From assembly GCF_004010195.1 (NCBI RefSeq), contig NC_057756.1, positions 1,149,449 to 1,169,448 of the forward strand: a stretch of DNA of 20,000 bases, in the 5' to 3' direction. A model generated the notes under the pieces. It did not search any database and was not told where the DNA came from. It was given only the letters and a program-made list of their open reading frames with translations. Both the position numbers and the translations under genes were made by a program. Positions 1-11,491 of the stretch are shown here, one piece after another (the stretch's first letter is position 1; the number at the start of each line of letters is the position of its first letter). Origin of the DNA: Chiloscyllium plagiosum (lineage: Eukaryota).

Positions 1-142
1 AAATGTAAATAGAAAGCCGGAATTCTCAGTATGAGGCCCACTGAAGATGTTACCTAGTTGAGTAACAAAACATCTGGAAATAAACATTGCAGCAAACCTC
101 CATCCAAAACCTCAACCTGAGCTACAAATCTTCTCAAAACTC
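1..142 (+). mobile_element. 3' end / pseudo-LTR of a Penelope-like element (family 1), cut by the window start
   Basis: Contains a minimal hammerhead motif at 38-77 followed by aacctcaacctgagctacaaatcttctcaaaact, which I recognise as an elasmobranch PLE terminus. Confidence 0.7.
38..77 (+). ncRNA. Degenerate minimal type I hammerhead ribozyme
   Basis: cca-CTGAAGA(41-47)-t-gttac[ctagttga]gtaac-AAAA-catc-tgg. Stem I is cca/tgg and stem II is gttac/gtaac. The expected cGAAAcgtc reads caaaacatc, consistent with two CpG-type transitions, so it is probably inactive. Confidence 0.7.
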
Positions 143-320
143 CTGTAACACCTATATACCTCCCTGGGATTCCTGAGATCCAAATAGCCTGTTCCTGAGT
201 CATTGCTCCTTTGTCATCCAGAGTTTCTTATTCCTGCCAACCTTGCAATTCAGCCTCACAGGAACATTTAGGCCTTGAAATCTAGCCATCTCACTTTAAA
301 ATGCCTCCCGCTTGTCTGCT
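143..320 (-). mobile_element. CR1 LINE fragment (ORF2 tether region); continues at 2854
   Basis: Reverse strand reads like K.EAF.SEMARFQGLNVPVRL..KVGRNKKLWMTK and joins colinearly to the minus-strand CR1 at 2854. Confidence 0.75.
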
Positions 321-2853
321 GAGGTTAGAAACAGGAAAGAAGAGGTCATTCTGGTGGGAGTTTTCTACAGACCTCCAAATAGTTCGAGATATAGAGGAAA
401 GGAGATCAAAGATAATTCTGGATAGGAGCGAGAATAACTGGGTAGTTAGTTATGGCGGGCTTTAACTTTTGAAATATTGACTGGAAATACTACAGTTCAA
501 GTACTTTAGATGGCTCAGTTTTTGTCCAATGTGTGCAAGATGGTTTCCTGACACAGCATGCAGACAAACCAACAAGGGGCGAGGCCGTATTGGATTTGAT
601 ATTGGGTAATGAACTCAGCCAGGTGTTAGATTTGGAAGTAGGTGAGCACTTTTGTGATAGTGACCACAATTTGGTTATGTTTACTTTAGCGTTGGAAAGG
701 GATAGCTAAATACTGCAGGTAAGACTGAAGGAAAGCCAATTATGATGTGATTAGGCAAGATTTAGGATGCATAGGATGGGGAAGGAAACTGCAGAGGATG
801 GGCACAATTGAAATGTGGAGATTATTCAAGGAACAGCTACTGCATGCCCTTGATAAGTATCTACCTGTCAGGCAGGAAGGAAGTGGTCAAGCGAGGGAGC
901 TAAGCCTTATGAAAGAACTTGAATGTCTTGTCAAGAGGAAAGAGAAGGCTTATGTTAGGATGAAACTTGAAGGCTCAGTTAGGGCACTTGAGAGTTACAG
1001 TTAGCCAGGAAAGACCTAAAGAGAGATCTAAGAAGAGCCAGGAGGGGTCATGAGAAGTCGTTGGCACATAGTATCAAGGAAAACCCTAAAGCTTTCTATA
1101 GATATATCAGGAATAAAAGAATGACTAGAGAATGTTTAGTGCCAATTGAGGATAGTAGTGGGAAGTTGTGCATGGAGTCTGAGGAGGTAGGGGAAGCGCT
1201 AAATGAATATTTTTCATCAGTATTCTCACTGGAAAAAGACAATGTTGTCAAGGAGAATACTGTGATATGGGCTACTAGACCAGATGGAATTGAGGTGCAC
1301 AAGAAGGAGATGTTAGTAATTCTGGAAAGTGTGAAATTACATAAATTCCTGGGCTGGATGAGATTTATCCTTGGCTTCCTGGGAAGCTAGGGAGGAGATT
1401 GCAGTGCCTTTGGCTTTTATCTTTATGTTATCATTGTCCACAGGAATAATACCAGAAGACTGAAGGATAGCAAATGTTGTCCTCTTATTCAAGAAGGGGA
1501 GTAGAGACAACCCTGGTAATTATAGACTAGTGAGCTTTACTTCAGTTGTGGGTAAAGTGTTAGAAAAGGTTATAAGAAATAGGATTTATAACCATCTAGA
1601 GAGAGGAATAAGTTGATGAGGGATAGTCAGCACGGTGTTTTGAAGGGTAGGTCGTGCCCCACAAACCTTATTGATTTGTTTGAGATGGTGACCAAACAGG
1701 TGAACGAGGTTAAAGCGGTTGATGTGTATATGGATTTGAGAAAGGTGTTTGCTGAAGTTCCCTACGGTAGGCTGTTGCACAAAATATGGGCGCATGGCAT
1801 TGAGGGTGATTTAGTGGTTTGGATCATATATTGGTGAGCTGAAAGAAGACAGAGGGTGATGGTTGATGGGAAATTTCGTTCTGGAGTTTAGTTGCTAGTA
1901 GCGTACCGCAAGGATCTGTTTTGGGATCACTGCTGTTTGTCATTTTTATAAGTGATTTAGATGAGGGCTTAGAAGGATGGTTGCAGATGACATTACGGTT
2001 GGTGGAATTGTGGGTAGTGCTGAAGGATGTTGCAGGTTGCAGGGGGACATAGATAAGCTGCAGAACTGAGCTGAGCGGTGGCAAATGGAGATTAATGTGC
2101 AAAAGTGTGAGGTGATTCACTTTGGAAGGAGCAACAGAAATAGAAAATACTGGGCTAATGGTAAGATTCTTGGTAGAGTGGATGAGCAGAGAGATCTTGG
2201 TGTCCATGTGCATAGATCCCTGAAAGTTGCCACCCAGGTCGATAGGGTAGTTAAGAAGGCAACCAGTGTGTTAGCTTTTCTTGGTAGAGGGATTAAGTTT
2301 CGGGGCCATAAAGTTATGCTGCAGCTGTACAAAACTTTGGTGCGGCCACACTTGGAGTATTGTGTACAGTTCTGGTGACTGCATTATAGGAAGGATGTGG
2401 AAACATTGGAAAGGGTGCAGAGGAGATTTACTAGGATGTCGCCTGGTATGGAGGGAAGGACTTATGAGGAAAGGCTGAGGGACTTGAGGCTGTCTTCGTT
2501 CGAGAGTAGTATCATATAAGATAATCAGAGGGTTAGGTAGGGTGGACAGTGGGAGCCTTTTTCTTAGATGGTGATGGATAGCATTCAGGGACATAGCTTT
2601 AAATTGACAGGTGATAGATATAGGACAGATGTCAGAGGTAGTTTCTTTACTCTGAGGGTAGTAGGAGCATGGAACACACTGCCTGCAACAGTAGTAGACT
2701 CACTAACTTTAAGGACATATAAATGGTCATTGCAGAAACATATGGATGAAAATGGAATAGTATTGGATAGATCGGCTTCAGATTGGTTCCATAGAACAGC
2801 GCAACATCGAGGGTTGAAGGGCCTGTACTGTGCTGTAATGTTCTATGTTCTAT
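321..2853 (+). mobile_element. 5'-truncated, decayed CR1 LINE (EN C-terminus, RT, 3' UTR)
   Basis: Motifs GVFYRPPN, SDHN, ENPKAFYRYIRNKR, SQHG..KGRSC.TNL, QGSVLG, ADD, LYKTLVRPHLEYCVQFW. The 3' UTR has gaagggcctgt and a (gttctat)n tail. Many stops and frameshifts. Confidence 0.95.
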
Positions 2854-4297
2854 TTGCCAGAGGTCCCTTCGCCTGCAATCAAACTGCCCCAATCAACCCT
2901 TGCATGCTCTAATTCCATCAAAATTCACTTTTCCCCAATTTGGAACTTGAACCTGTGGACCAGTTTTATCCCTCTCCATAACAGTTTTAAAATTAATAGA
3001 ACTATGGTCACTGGTCACAGAGTGCTCCCCCAGTGTCATCTCAGTTTCCTGAGAGTAGTGCCCTCACATTACTACTTGAGAAAACTTCCCTGAACGCACT
3101 TAACAAATTCAACCCCATCTAACCCTTTAACACTTTTGCAGTCCCATTTATGTTTGGAGAGTTAGAATCCCCTGTTAAGACAACACAGTTGCTCCTGCAT
3201 GTCTCCCCATTCTTCCTGCATATTTGTTCCTCTAATTTCCAATTGATTAATCTAGGGGCCTATAGTACAACACCAATAATGTCCCCATCCCCTTCTTGTT
3301 TCTGAGCTCTATCCACAAAACCTCAGTGGGTGATCCGTCATGTATTTCCTCTCTGACTACCGCTGTGACACTCGCCTGAATCAAAATGCAGCTCCCACTC
3401 CCTGCTTTCTTCCATCTAAAACACCTATACCCTGACACATTAAGCTGGCAATCCTGTCCCTCGCTTTGCCACGTTTCTGTAATGGCTATAATATCCTAGT
3501 CCCACATACCTATCCACAACCTGGGTTCATCGGCCTTATCTGCCAGTCCTCTTGCACTAAAATAAATATAATTCAATCCAACGGGGCATTCCATGCTCCA
3601 TGTTATGTTCCAGCCTGACCTGTCTCTTCAACTTACTATTTTTGATTACTGTATCTCTTTCCAGCCTTGCGCTTGCCCCCCTGCTGTTGTCGATCCCACC
3701 CCCCGCCAATCAATTTTAAACTCTCTCTTGTAACATCAGCAAACCTGGCTACCAAGATATTAGTCTGCCTCCAGTTCAAGTGCAACCCGTCCCTCTTGAA
3801 CAGGTCACCTCTGCCCCAGAAAAGATCTCGATGAACTAAAAACTAAATCTCTGCCACCTGCACCAATTCTTTAGCCATGCATTCATCTGCCATAACCTCC
3901 TGTTCTTTCCCTCACTAGCACGTGGCACTGAAAGTAACCCAGAAATTACCATCATTGAGTTTCTGGTTTTTAACTTGTTTCCTAGCTCTCTAATCAGTCC
4001 ACACCTTGAGAACATTCTGCAGCTGCTCCGGGACATCCTGGATCCTGGCACTCGGGAGGCAACATACCATCCTGGATTCCCTGTTATGGTCGCAGAATCT
4101 TCCCCTAACTATTGAGTCTCCTGTCACTAAGGCCCTGTTTATATTTACTCTTTCCCGTTGTGCCTGAGAACAACTCGTAGTACCACCGCACCCTTCCCCC
4201 TCCCAAGGAGTATCCAAAACGGGCAGTGTATTAGAGGGGAATGGCCACAGTAGATTCCTGCTCTCTCTGCCTATTCCCTTTGTCTTTCCTGGTGGAA
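2854..4297 (-). mobile_element. CR1 LINE 5' part: ORF1 SGNH esterase domain plus ORF2 APE endonuclease (same copy as 143-320)
   Basis: Minus strand gives GDSIVRG..RESRMVCCLP, SGLLSVPRASEGKNR..QMNAWLKNWCR, RDGLHLN, then DIIAITETW and WIELRNKKG...YYRP. Confidence 0.9.
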
Positions 4298-5949
4298 GCC
4301 TGACTTCCATACTTTGTTCTGCAGCTCTGCAAACTTTGCGATAGACTTCCAACTTAGTTTTGATCTGAATGAGTTGTGTACTTAGTGTTCCCACATCCCT
4401 CTGCCTGTCCATATTTACTGGTGTCTTGTCACATAGACCATGAGATGACGTCCTGTGGCCATGTGGAGAAAAAAGTTTTTGAAGTTCTCTCACACGAGGC
4501 TGTGGTAACCCTTTGATAGAGGTGTGAACTTGATCCCACTTCCTACCCTTTTTAATTGTACTCCAGAATATTTTGCTTCAAGTATTATCTAGTTTTATAG
4601 TGAAAGTCACCCATGAATCTGCTTTTAGGCTATATTCACAGCCACCACGTAGATCTTACCATCACATGTGGCTTCACAACGCACAATTACTGATTAGACC
4701 ACCTCTGATATCTCTTCCGTGTTGCTTTGTGCCCCTGGGTCCATTCCCTTCACAATCTGATATATTCCGGCTGCCCAAAAAAAAAATCTGCTTCGATTTG
4801 CGTAATGAATGTTTAATGATTTACTATACATTAAAAACAAGTGGATAACTAGAGAGAAGGTAAAACCACTGTTCTCAGGATAGTATCAGGTGACAAGTGG
4901 TGTTCTGCAAGGCTCAGTGTTGGGGCCACAACTTTCCACTTTATACATTAATGAAGAAACCGAGATGTTGGGAAGATGTTTTCATGGAGATTTGTATGAA
5001 GCGTGCTAATACACTAGGGCATCTTGAGATAATGGAAGAACTGGTGTTGGGTCACTTTAAGAGTATTAAGGTGGTATCTACCCCAGGTTATTGAGAGAAA
5101 CAAGAGAGGAGATTGTTGGGGCCTTGACCAAGCTCTTTTTATCGTCACTTACCATTGGAGAGGTTTCAGAGCACTGGCGAGTAGCTAATGTTGTTCTACT
5201 ATTCAAGCAGAGAAATAGGGAAAATCCACAAAATGTTGGACTGCTGAGTCTCACATCAGTGGATAGGAAGCTATTGGAGAGAAAGGATTTACTCATATTT
5301 GGAAAAGTATTTGCATAGTAGCTTTGTGCAGGGCTGATCATGTCTTAACTAACTTGATTGATCACCTTCGTCACCTCCTTGTAAAAATCAAATAGGCTAA
5401 AGCAGTGGATGTTGTCTGAATGGATTTTAGTAAGGCTCTTGACAAGGTTCTTCATGGAAGGCCCATCCAGAAGATTACGATGCATGGAATCCATGGTGAC
5501 TTGGCTGCGTGGATTCAGAATTGGCTGGAGGTCCATGTTCTGCAGGGATCCGTACTAGAGCCTCTTCCGTTTGTGAAACATATAAATGACTTCGATGAAT
5601 ACGTAGATGGGTGGGCCAGTAAGTTTGCAGATGATACAAAGATCGGTCGAGTTGTGTACAGTATACAAGGTTGTCAAAGGATATAGTGGGATATAGATCG
5701 GTTGCAGCCATGGGTAGAGAAATGGCAGATAGAGTTTAATCCAGGTAAGTCTGAGGTGTTGCACTTTGGGAGATCAAATATTAAGGAAAAGTATACAGTA
5801 TACAGGACACTGATGTGGAGGTGCCGGTGTTGGAATGGGGTGGATAAAGTTAAAAGTCACATAACACCAGGTTATGGTCCAACAGTTTATTTGGAAGTAC
5901 AAGGATTTGGAATGCTGCTCCTTCAGGTAGCTAATGGGGCAGGATTCTG

Positions 5950-6081
5950 TTGACCGTCCTCCAAGGCTGACTCTGGGATATGTAACATTGCAGAGCTGCT
6001 GAGCAAAGGTTGATAGCCAAGTTCAGTACCCACGAAATTGGCCTTAATCAGGATCTTGGGTTCATGTCACACTACAGGTGA
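5950..6081 (+). pseudogene. C-terminal remnant of a PLE GIY-YIG endonuclease
   Basis: Translates as LTVLQG*LWDM*HCRAAEQRLIAKFSTHEIGLNQDLGFMSHYR* and is homologous to 11492-11620(-). Confidence 0.85.
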
Positions 6082-6087
6082 CATGAC

Positions 6088-6222
6088 CACGCACGCACAC
6101 ACACGACTTACACTCACATGCACACCCTCTCACAGGCATATACTCTGTCACACTTGTGCAGACGCTCTATTAAGCATGCACACAAGCACACTCACACACT
6201 CTCTCCCTCTCCATACATACCC
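6088..6222. repeat. Degenerate (CA)n/(CT)n tract in the PLE 3' UTR
   Basis: Direct reading; same position after the stop codon as 11286-11480. Confidence 0.9.
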
Positions 6223-6807
6223 CAAAGGGATAAACTTGCATCTGTTCAAAAAGCACACACTCTGTAGGCAGTCAGTCCATGTGACATTTTATCAATTCGT
6301 ATTTTGGAAATAGAACCAGATTGACTCAAGTTTGAGATACAGACAGACTCTTAACTTCACACTTTTAATGCGTTGTCTGAGGTGAGACGTCACTTTTGTA
6401 ATAAAACAATAAGTTATGTCAGGAATGTAACTTGAAAGAAGTTCTGGGATTTATATGTTAATGAACTGAAACCTGCAATTCCATTCTCGGTGATTAAAGA
6501 CTTATCAGCAATCTAGGTTTGTTCAATACATCCCATCAGTTGTGTGACACTTCGATCTTTTACTATAAATTCTGCATCCTATGATTCTGCCCCACTAAGA
6601 ACCTAACTAAGGAGCAATGCTCCAAAAGCTTGTACTTCCAAATAAACTGTTGGACTATAACCCGGTGTGTATGATTTTTAGCACTGATGTACAGAGGGGT
6701 CTTGGCGTTCAAGTCCATAACTCTCTAAAAGTGGAGCAAGTAGATACGGTGGTAAAGAAGGCATAGAGCTTGCCTTTATTTGTCAGGGAATTGAGTACAC
6801 AGGTCAG

Positions 6808-6888
6808 GTTCAAGAGTGTGGTGCTGGAAGAACGCAGCAGGCCAGGCAGCATGTGAGGATCAGGAAAATCGACATTTTGGACAAAAGG
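6808..6888 (-). mobile_element. PLE pLTR fragment (family 3) with the 3' half of a hammerhead
   Basis: agagtgtggtgctggaagaacgcagcaggccaggcagcatgtgaggatcaggaaaatcgacatttt resembles 15121-15185 and ends within stem II. No TSD seen. Confidence 0.7.
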
Positions 6889-8046
6889 TTTGGTTAGGTG
6901 ACACTTGTTTTCGCTTCTGGCTGCCACTTCACAGGAATGATGTGGAGGTTTTGAAGTAGATGCAAACGAGGTTTACCAGGATGCTGCCTGGATTAGAGGG
7001 TATGATCTATAAGGAGGGGCTGGAAAGCCTCAGGATGTTGTCTCTGGCACAGCGGAAACTGAGGGGAGACTTGATAGATGTCCATAAAATTATGAGATGC
7101 ATAGATGGGGCTAACGGTCAAAGTTGAAATATCTAAAACTAGGGGTATGCTTTTAAATTGGTAAAGGGAAAGTTCAAAGGAGATATGCGGGGCAAGTTTT
7201 TTTACACAGAGAATAGTAGGAGTCTGGAATGCGATGCCAGAGATAATGGTGGAGGTAGATACAATAGGATATGTGTCAGGCACTTTTAGATAAGCAAGTG
7301 AATGTGCAAGAAATGGAGGGATATGCACTAAGAGCAGGCAGAAGAGGTTAGGTTAGTTTGGCGTCATGTTTGGCACAACATCGTGGACTGACGGGCCCGT
7401 TCCTGTGCTGTACAGTTCGATGTTCTATAGTATTTTTAATTTTGTAATTATCCACTTTTAAACATCCACCAGTTGTGTTTCTGTAGCTACCTATCAATGT
7501 AGCCACCCCCAACAAGGGCACCCTATCAAAATCAATATTTCCTTTTCCCCTGGTGAATCAGCCTAATAAGCCACTCCAATTCTCTTCCTCATGTCCACGA
7601 GATACAAGCTGAAATGGATCGGCTGGACATTGGGATCAGGTGTTACAGGATCAGACTGGACCACGTTAGGGCTGGTTTAGGAAAACTGCTCATGATTGCA
7701 GCATCATCCTGCAGCACAAGGATACCCCCAGCCGCTTTCATTGCAGCAAACTATCTTCTTAAACTCTTTCCCTTCTTTTCTCTTTTCTCACCTCCAACAG
7801 TAAGTGCAAAGAGTGTTTGGACACTGGAAGTGAGGCTGATTATCTGTCTCTGCAGCTTTCCTCCCTTTGCTGATCCCAGTGAGTGAACATTTTTGAAGGT
7901 CATCGATTCCACATCTCCTCCTCCCACCCCCCCCCCCCCCCCCCAATACATACAATTGACAAGTTTTTCTGTTGTCTCACTTTGTGGTGCTGCAATGCTA
8001 ATCTTGACCATGACCTCCACTTATTTCAGCTGTCACAATAAAAAAT

Positions 8047-8724
8047 TAGAGTCATGGCATCATACAGCATAGAAACAGACCCTTTCGTCCAACTGGTCCA
8101 CACTGACCAAATTGAATAGCCCCATCTGTCTGCATTTGGCTCATATCCCTCCAAACCTTTCATATTCCTGAACTTACCTCAATGTCTTTTAAATGTTGTA
8201 ATTGTATCCACATCCACCACTTTGGTAGTTCATTCCACACATGAACCACTGTCTGTGTCAAAAAGAATTTGTCTCTCATGTCCTCTATAAATCTTTCTCC
8301 TCCCACCTTAAACATATACCCCGTAGTTTTGAACAACTCCACTTTAGGGGAAAAAAACCCATTGTCATTCACCTTATTTATGCCACTCGTGATTTTATAA
8401 ACCTCAATAAGGTCACCCCTCAACCTTTTACACTCCACTGAAAAGAGTCCCAGTCTTTCCAGTCTATTTTTATATCTCAAACCCTCCATTCCCAGTAATA
8501 TCCTGGTAAATATTTTCTGAACCCTCTCCAGTTTAATAATATCCTTCCTAGAACAGAGCAACCCGAACTGCACACAGTATTCTAGAAGAGGCCTCACCAC
8601 TGTCCTGTACAATCTCAATATGATGTTCCAACTCCTATATGTCTACTGCTCAGCCCACATCAGTATCTTTTTGCTTACTTCATTAAAAATCTCAATCAAG
8701 TTTGTGAGACATGATTTTCCTCAT
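8047..8724 (-). mobile_element. CR1 LINE 3' end plus RT piece (internal deletion near 8640); continues at 13724
   Basis: ORF 8160-8618 reads LYRTVVRPLLEYCVQF...HVWNELP. Has a 3' UTR with an atgactct-type tail. 8641-8724 encodes KSCLTNLIEIF. Confidence 0.92.
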
Positions 8725-10904
8725 AGGTTGGAAGCTAGAAGGTAGAATGAGCAGTGCAGCAATCTCAGGATTGCTACCAGTGCCATGTGCTAGTGATGCT
8801 CAATAGAGAGCGAGTGCAGGTGAACACGTGGCTGCAGGACTGGTGTAGGATGAAGGGCTTCAGATATGTGGATCACTGGGATATCTTCTGGGGAAGGTGG
8901 GAGCTGTACAAGAAAGGCAAGTTGCACTCGAACTGGAGGGGCACCAATATCCTGGGTGGGATGTTTGCTGCAGCTCTTAGGGAAGGTTTAAACTAGATTG
9001 GCAGGGGGATGGTGACATGATAGATTTGGTAGTGAACCACCAGACACAGTGTGCAGAGAGTAGTGAGGAGGGATAGGCACTTGACAGGATAAAGGTGCCA
9101 GTCAGTGTGATGGGTTGAAGTATCAGAAATAAGAGTGGTGAACTCAGAACATGGATCAGTACTTGGAACTATGATGTTGTGGCCATTACGGAGACTTGGA
9201 TATCACTGGGGTAGGAATGGGTATTGGATGTTCCAGGGTTTAGTGGTTTCAAAGAGGTGGAGGAGTGGAATTGCTAATCAGGGATAATATCACAGCTGCA
9301 GAAAGGGAGATCATCGAGGAGGGTTTATCTACAGCGTCAGTGTAGGTGGAAGTCAGAAACCAGAAAGGAGCAGTCACTTTATTGTGAGTTTTTGACAGCC
9401 CCCACCCCCCCCCCAAAAGCAACAGACACACTGAGGAGCAGATAGGGAGGCAGATTTTGGAAATGTGTAGAAGTAACAGGTTTATTGTCATGGGTGACTT
9501 TAACTTTCCTATTATTGATTGTAACCTACTTAGTTCAAATATGGAACTATTTTTGTCAGGTGTGTCCAGGAAGGGTTCCTGACACAATAGGCCGAGTAGA
9601 GGGGAGGCCGTATTGGGTTTGCTGCTTGGCAATGAACCATGCCAGGTATCAGATGTCTCGGGCAAGCATTTTGGTGATAGTGATCACAACTCCGTGACCT
9701 TTACTGTACTCAGGGAGAGGGATAAGAGCAGACGGTATGGGAAAGTATTTAATTGGGGGAGGGGAATTATAATGCTATCAGGCAGGAACTGGGGTGCCTA
9801 AGTTAGGGAACAGATATTCCCAGGGAAATGTGCAACAGAAATGTGAGGCTTGTTTAGGAAGCATGTGCTGATAGTGCTGGACAGGTTTGTCCCACTGAGG
9901 CAAGGAAGGGATGGCAGGTTATGGAGCATCTAGTCAAGAGAAAGAAGGAAGCTTACTTAAGGTTGAGGGAAGGATCAGACAGGGCTTTCGAGGATTACAA
10001 GAGAGTTAGGAAGGAGCTGAATAATGGACTTAAGAGAGCTAGAAGAGGACATGATAAAGCTTCAGCAGGTAGTATGAAGGAAAACCCTGAGGCGTTCTAC
10101 ATTTACGTGAGGAGCAAGAGGATGGCCAGTGTGAAGGTAGGGCCGATCAGAGATAGTGGAGGGAACTTGTGCCTGGAGTCAGAGGAAGTTGGGGAGGTCC
10201 TTAACAAATACTTGGCTGCAGTATTCACTACTGAGAGGGACCTTCACATTTCTGAGGACAGCATGAAACAGACTGTGATGCTAGAACAGGTTAATGTTAG
10301 GAAGGAGGATGCGCTGAAAATTTTGAAAAAACAAGGATCAATAAATCCCCTGGGCCAGGTGGGATGTACCCTCAGTTTCTACAGGAAGCGAGGGAAGAGA
10401 TTGCTGCGCCTTTGGCTATGATCTTTGTGTCCTCACTGTCCACTGGAGTAGTGCCAGATGATTGGAGGGTGGCAAATATTATTCCCTTGTTCAAGAAAGG
10501 GAATAGGGATAATCCTAGGAACTGAGGACCAGTCAGTCTTACTTCAGTGGTGGGTACAAAGTATTGGAGAGGATTCTGAGAGGCAGGATTTATGATGACT
10601 TGGAAAACCATAGTTACAACTCTCACAACAGGTTATAGTCCAACGGGTTTATTTGGAAGCACTACATTTCAGAGCGCTGCTCCTTTATCAGGGGTGGTTG
10701 TGGAGAATATGATTGTATGACACAGAATTAAAAACAGATATTTACAGTGTGATGTAACTGAAATTATATATTGAAAACGACCTGGATTGTTTGATAAGTC
10801 TCTCATCTTTTAGAATGAGTTGGAGATGCCAGTGTTGGACTGGGGTGTACAAAGTTTAAAAATCAAACAACACCAGGTTATAGTCCAACAGATTTAATTG
10901 GAAG

Positions 10905-10939
10905 CACTAGCTTTCGGAGCACCGCTCCTTTATCAGATG
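10905..10939 (-). ncRNA. Minimal type I hammerhead ribozyme, one core mutation
   Basis: Minus strand: cat-CTGATAA-a-ggagc[ggt]gctcc-GAAA-gcta-gtg. Perfect stem II and palindromic AGCT stem III; core CUGAUGA is changed to CUGAUAA. Confidence 0.8.
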
Positions 10940-10947
10940 GTTGTGGT

Positions 10948-10979
10948 CTGATGAAAGAATGGTGCTCTGAAAGTTAGTG
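10948..10979 (+). ncRNA. Minimal hammerhead with intact core but 5' strand of stem I lost
   Basis: CTGATGA-a-agaat[ggt]gctct-GAAA-gtta-gtg. Stem II is weakened and the inversion junction lies immediately 5' of the core. Confidence 0.72.
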
Positions 10980-11285
10980 CTTCCAATTAAACCTGTTGGA
11001 CTATAACCTGAATCTTTTGGAATGTCCATGTTGGTTTCAGTTCTTTCATAAGTAAATCCCAGAACTTTTTTAAAGTTACGTTCTCAAGTGAACTTTAACG
11101 ATAGGTGCCATGTCGACCCAGATAATGCATTGAAGGTGTGAGGTGCCCTGTGTGAGGCTGTCTGTTCCGCAATGTTCAGACTTATTCTATTTCTAAACAA
11201 GGGATTTACGGAATCTTAGATGGATTCATGCAGTTTTTGAGCAAAATAAAATATAATTCTGCAGGTACAAATTCTCCCACAAACT

Positions 11286-11480
11286 TGTGTGTATGTGCAC
11301 GTGTGTGGTGTATGAGTATCTGTGAGAGAGTGTGTGAATGTGTGGGTGAGTGTAAAGGGGTATAAGTCTGTGAGAGGGTGCATGTGTGGTTGTGAGTGTG
11401 AGAGTAGATGTGTGAGCGTATGAGAGGGTCTGTGTGAGTGTATGTATCTGTAGGAATGTGTCTATGTGTCTGTGTGTGTC
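11286..11480. repeat. Degenerate (TG)n/(GA)n tract in the PLE 3' UTR
   Basis: Direct reading; it produces the spurious His/Thr-rich ORFs at 11206-11550. Confidence 0.9.
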
Positions 11481-11491
11481 GTGCAGTGGGA

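Larger units (their letters stand above)
5817..6681 (+). mobile_element. Truncated Penelope-like element (family 2) with inverted tailed pLTR at 5817-~5946
   Basis: GIY-YIG C-terminus, CA-rich tract, 3' region and pLTR. Bases ~5845-5946 are the reverse complement of ~6581-6681. Flanked by cactgatgt at 5808-5816 and 6682-6690. Degenerate hammerheads at 5897-5930(-) and 6601-6634(+). Confidence 0.88.
4820..7428 (+). mobile_element. Decayed CR1 LINE (tether, RT, 3' UTR), interrupted at 5817-6681 and 6808-6888
   Basis: WRVANVVLLFK, MDFSKALDKVLHG, QGSVL, KFADDTKIG, WQIEFNPGKSEVLHFG. The 3' end reads gggcccgttcctgtgctgtacagttcgatgttctat. Confidence 0.92.
10818..11011. mobile_element. 194-bp non-coding palindromic mini-PLE nested in a PLE of the same family
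   Basis: TSD atcttttagaatg (10805-10817) / atcttttggaatg (11012-11024). 64-bp inverted arms at 10874-10937 and 10947-11010 (7 mismatches by eye) with a 9-nt spacer. Confidence 0.88.

Noticed and set aside
3990..4493. 167-aa novel protein
   Set aside because: Chimeric frame running from unassigned sequence into frameshifted CR1 ORF1 esterase.
5950..6081. In-frame TGA as selenocysteine recoding in the PLE
   Set aside because: It corresponds to GGA (Gly) in the second copy and sits next to a TAA stop; ordinary decay.
7920..7944. Poly-C/poly-G runs (also ~9399-9414 and ~18262-18278) as G-quadruplex elements
   Set aside because: Simple homopolymer expansions, two of them inside dead CR1s; no supporting context.
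10818..11011. DNA-transposon MITE (also considered for 15074-15296)
   Set aside because: The arms are asymmetric, do not reach both termini, and carry hammerhead motifs; those of 10818-11011 match the pLTR attached to GIY-YIG coding sequence in this window.
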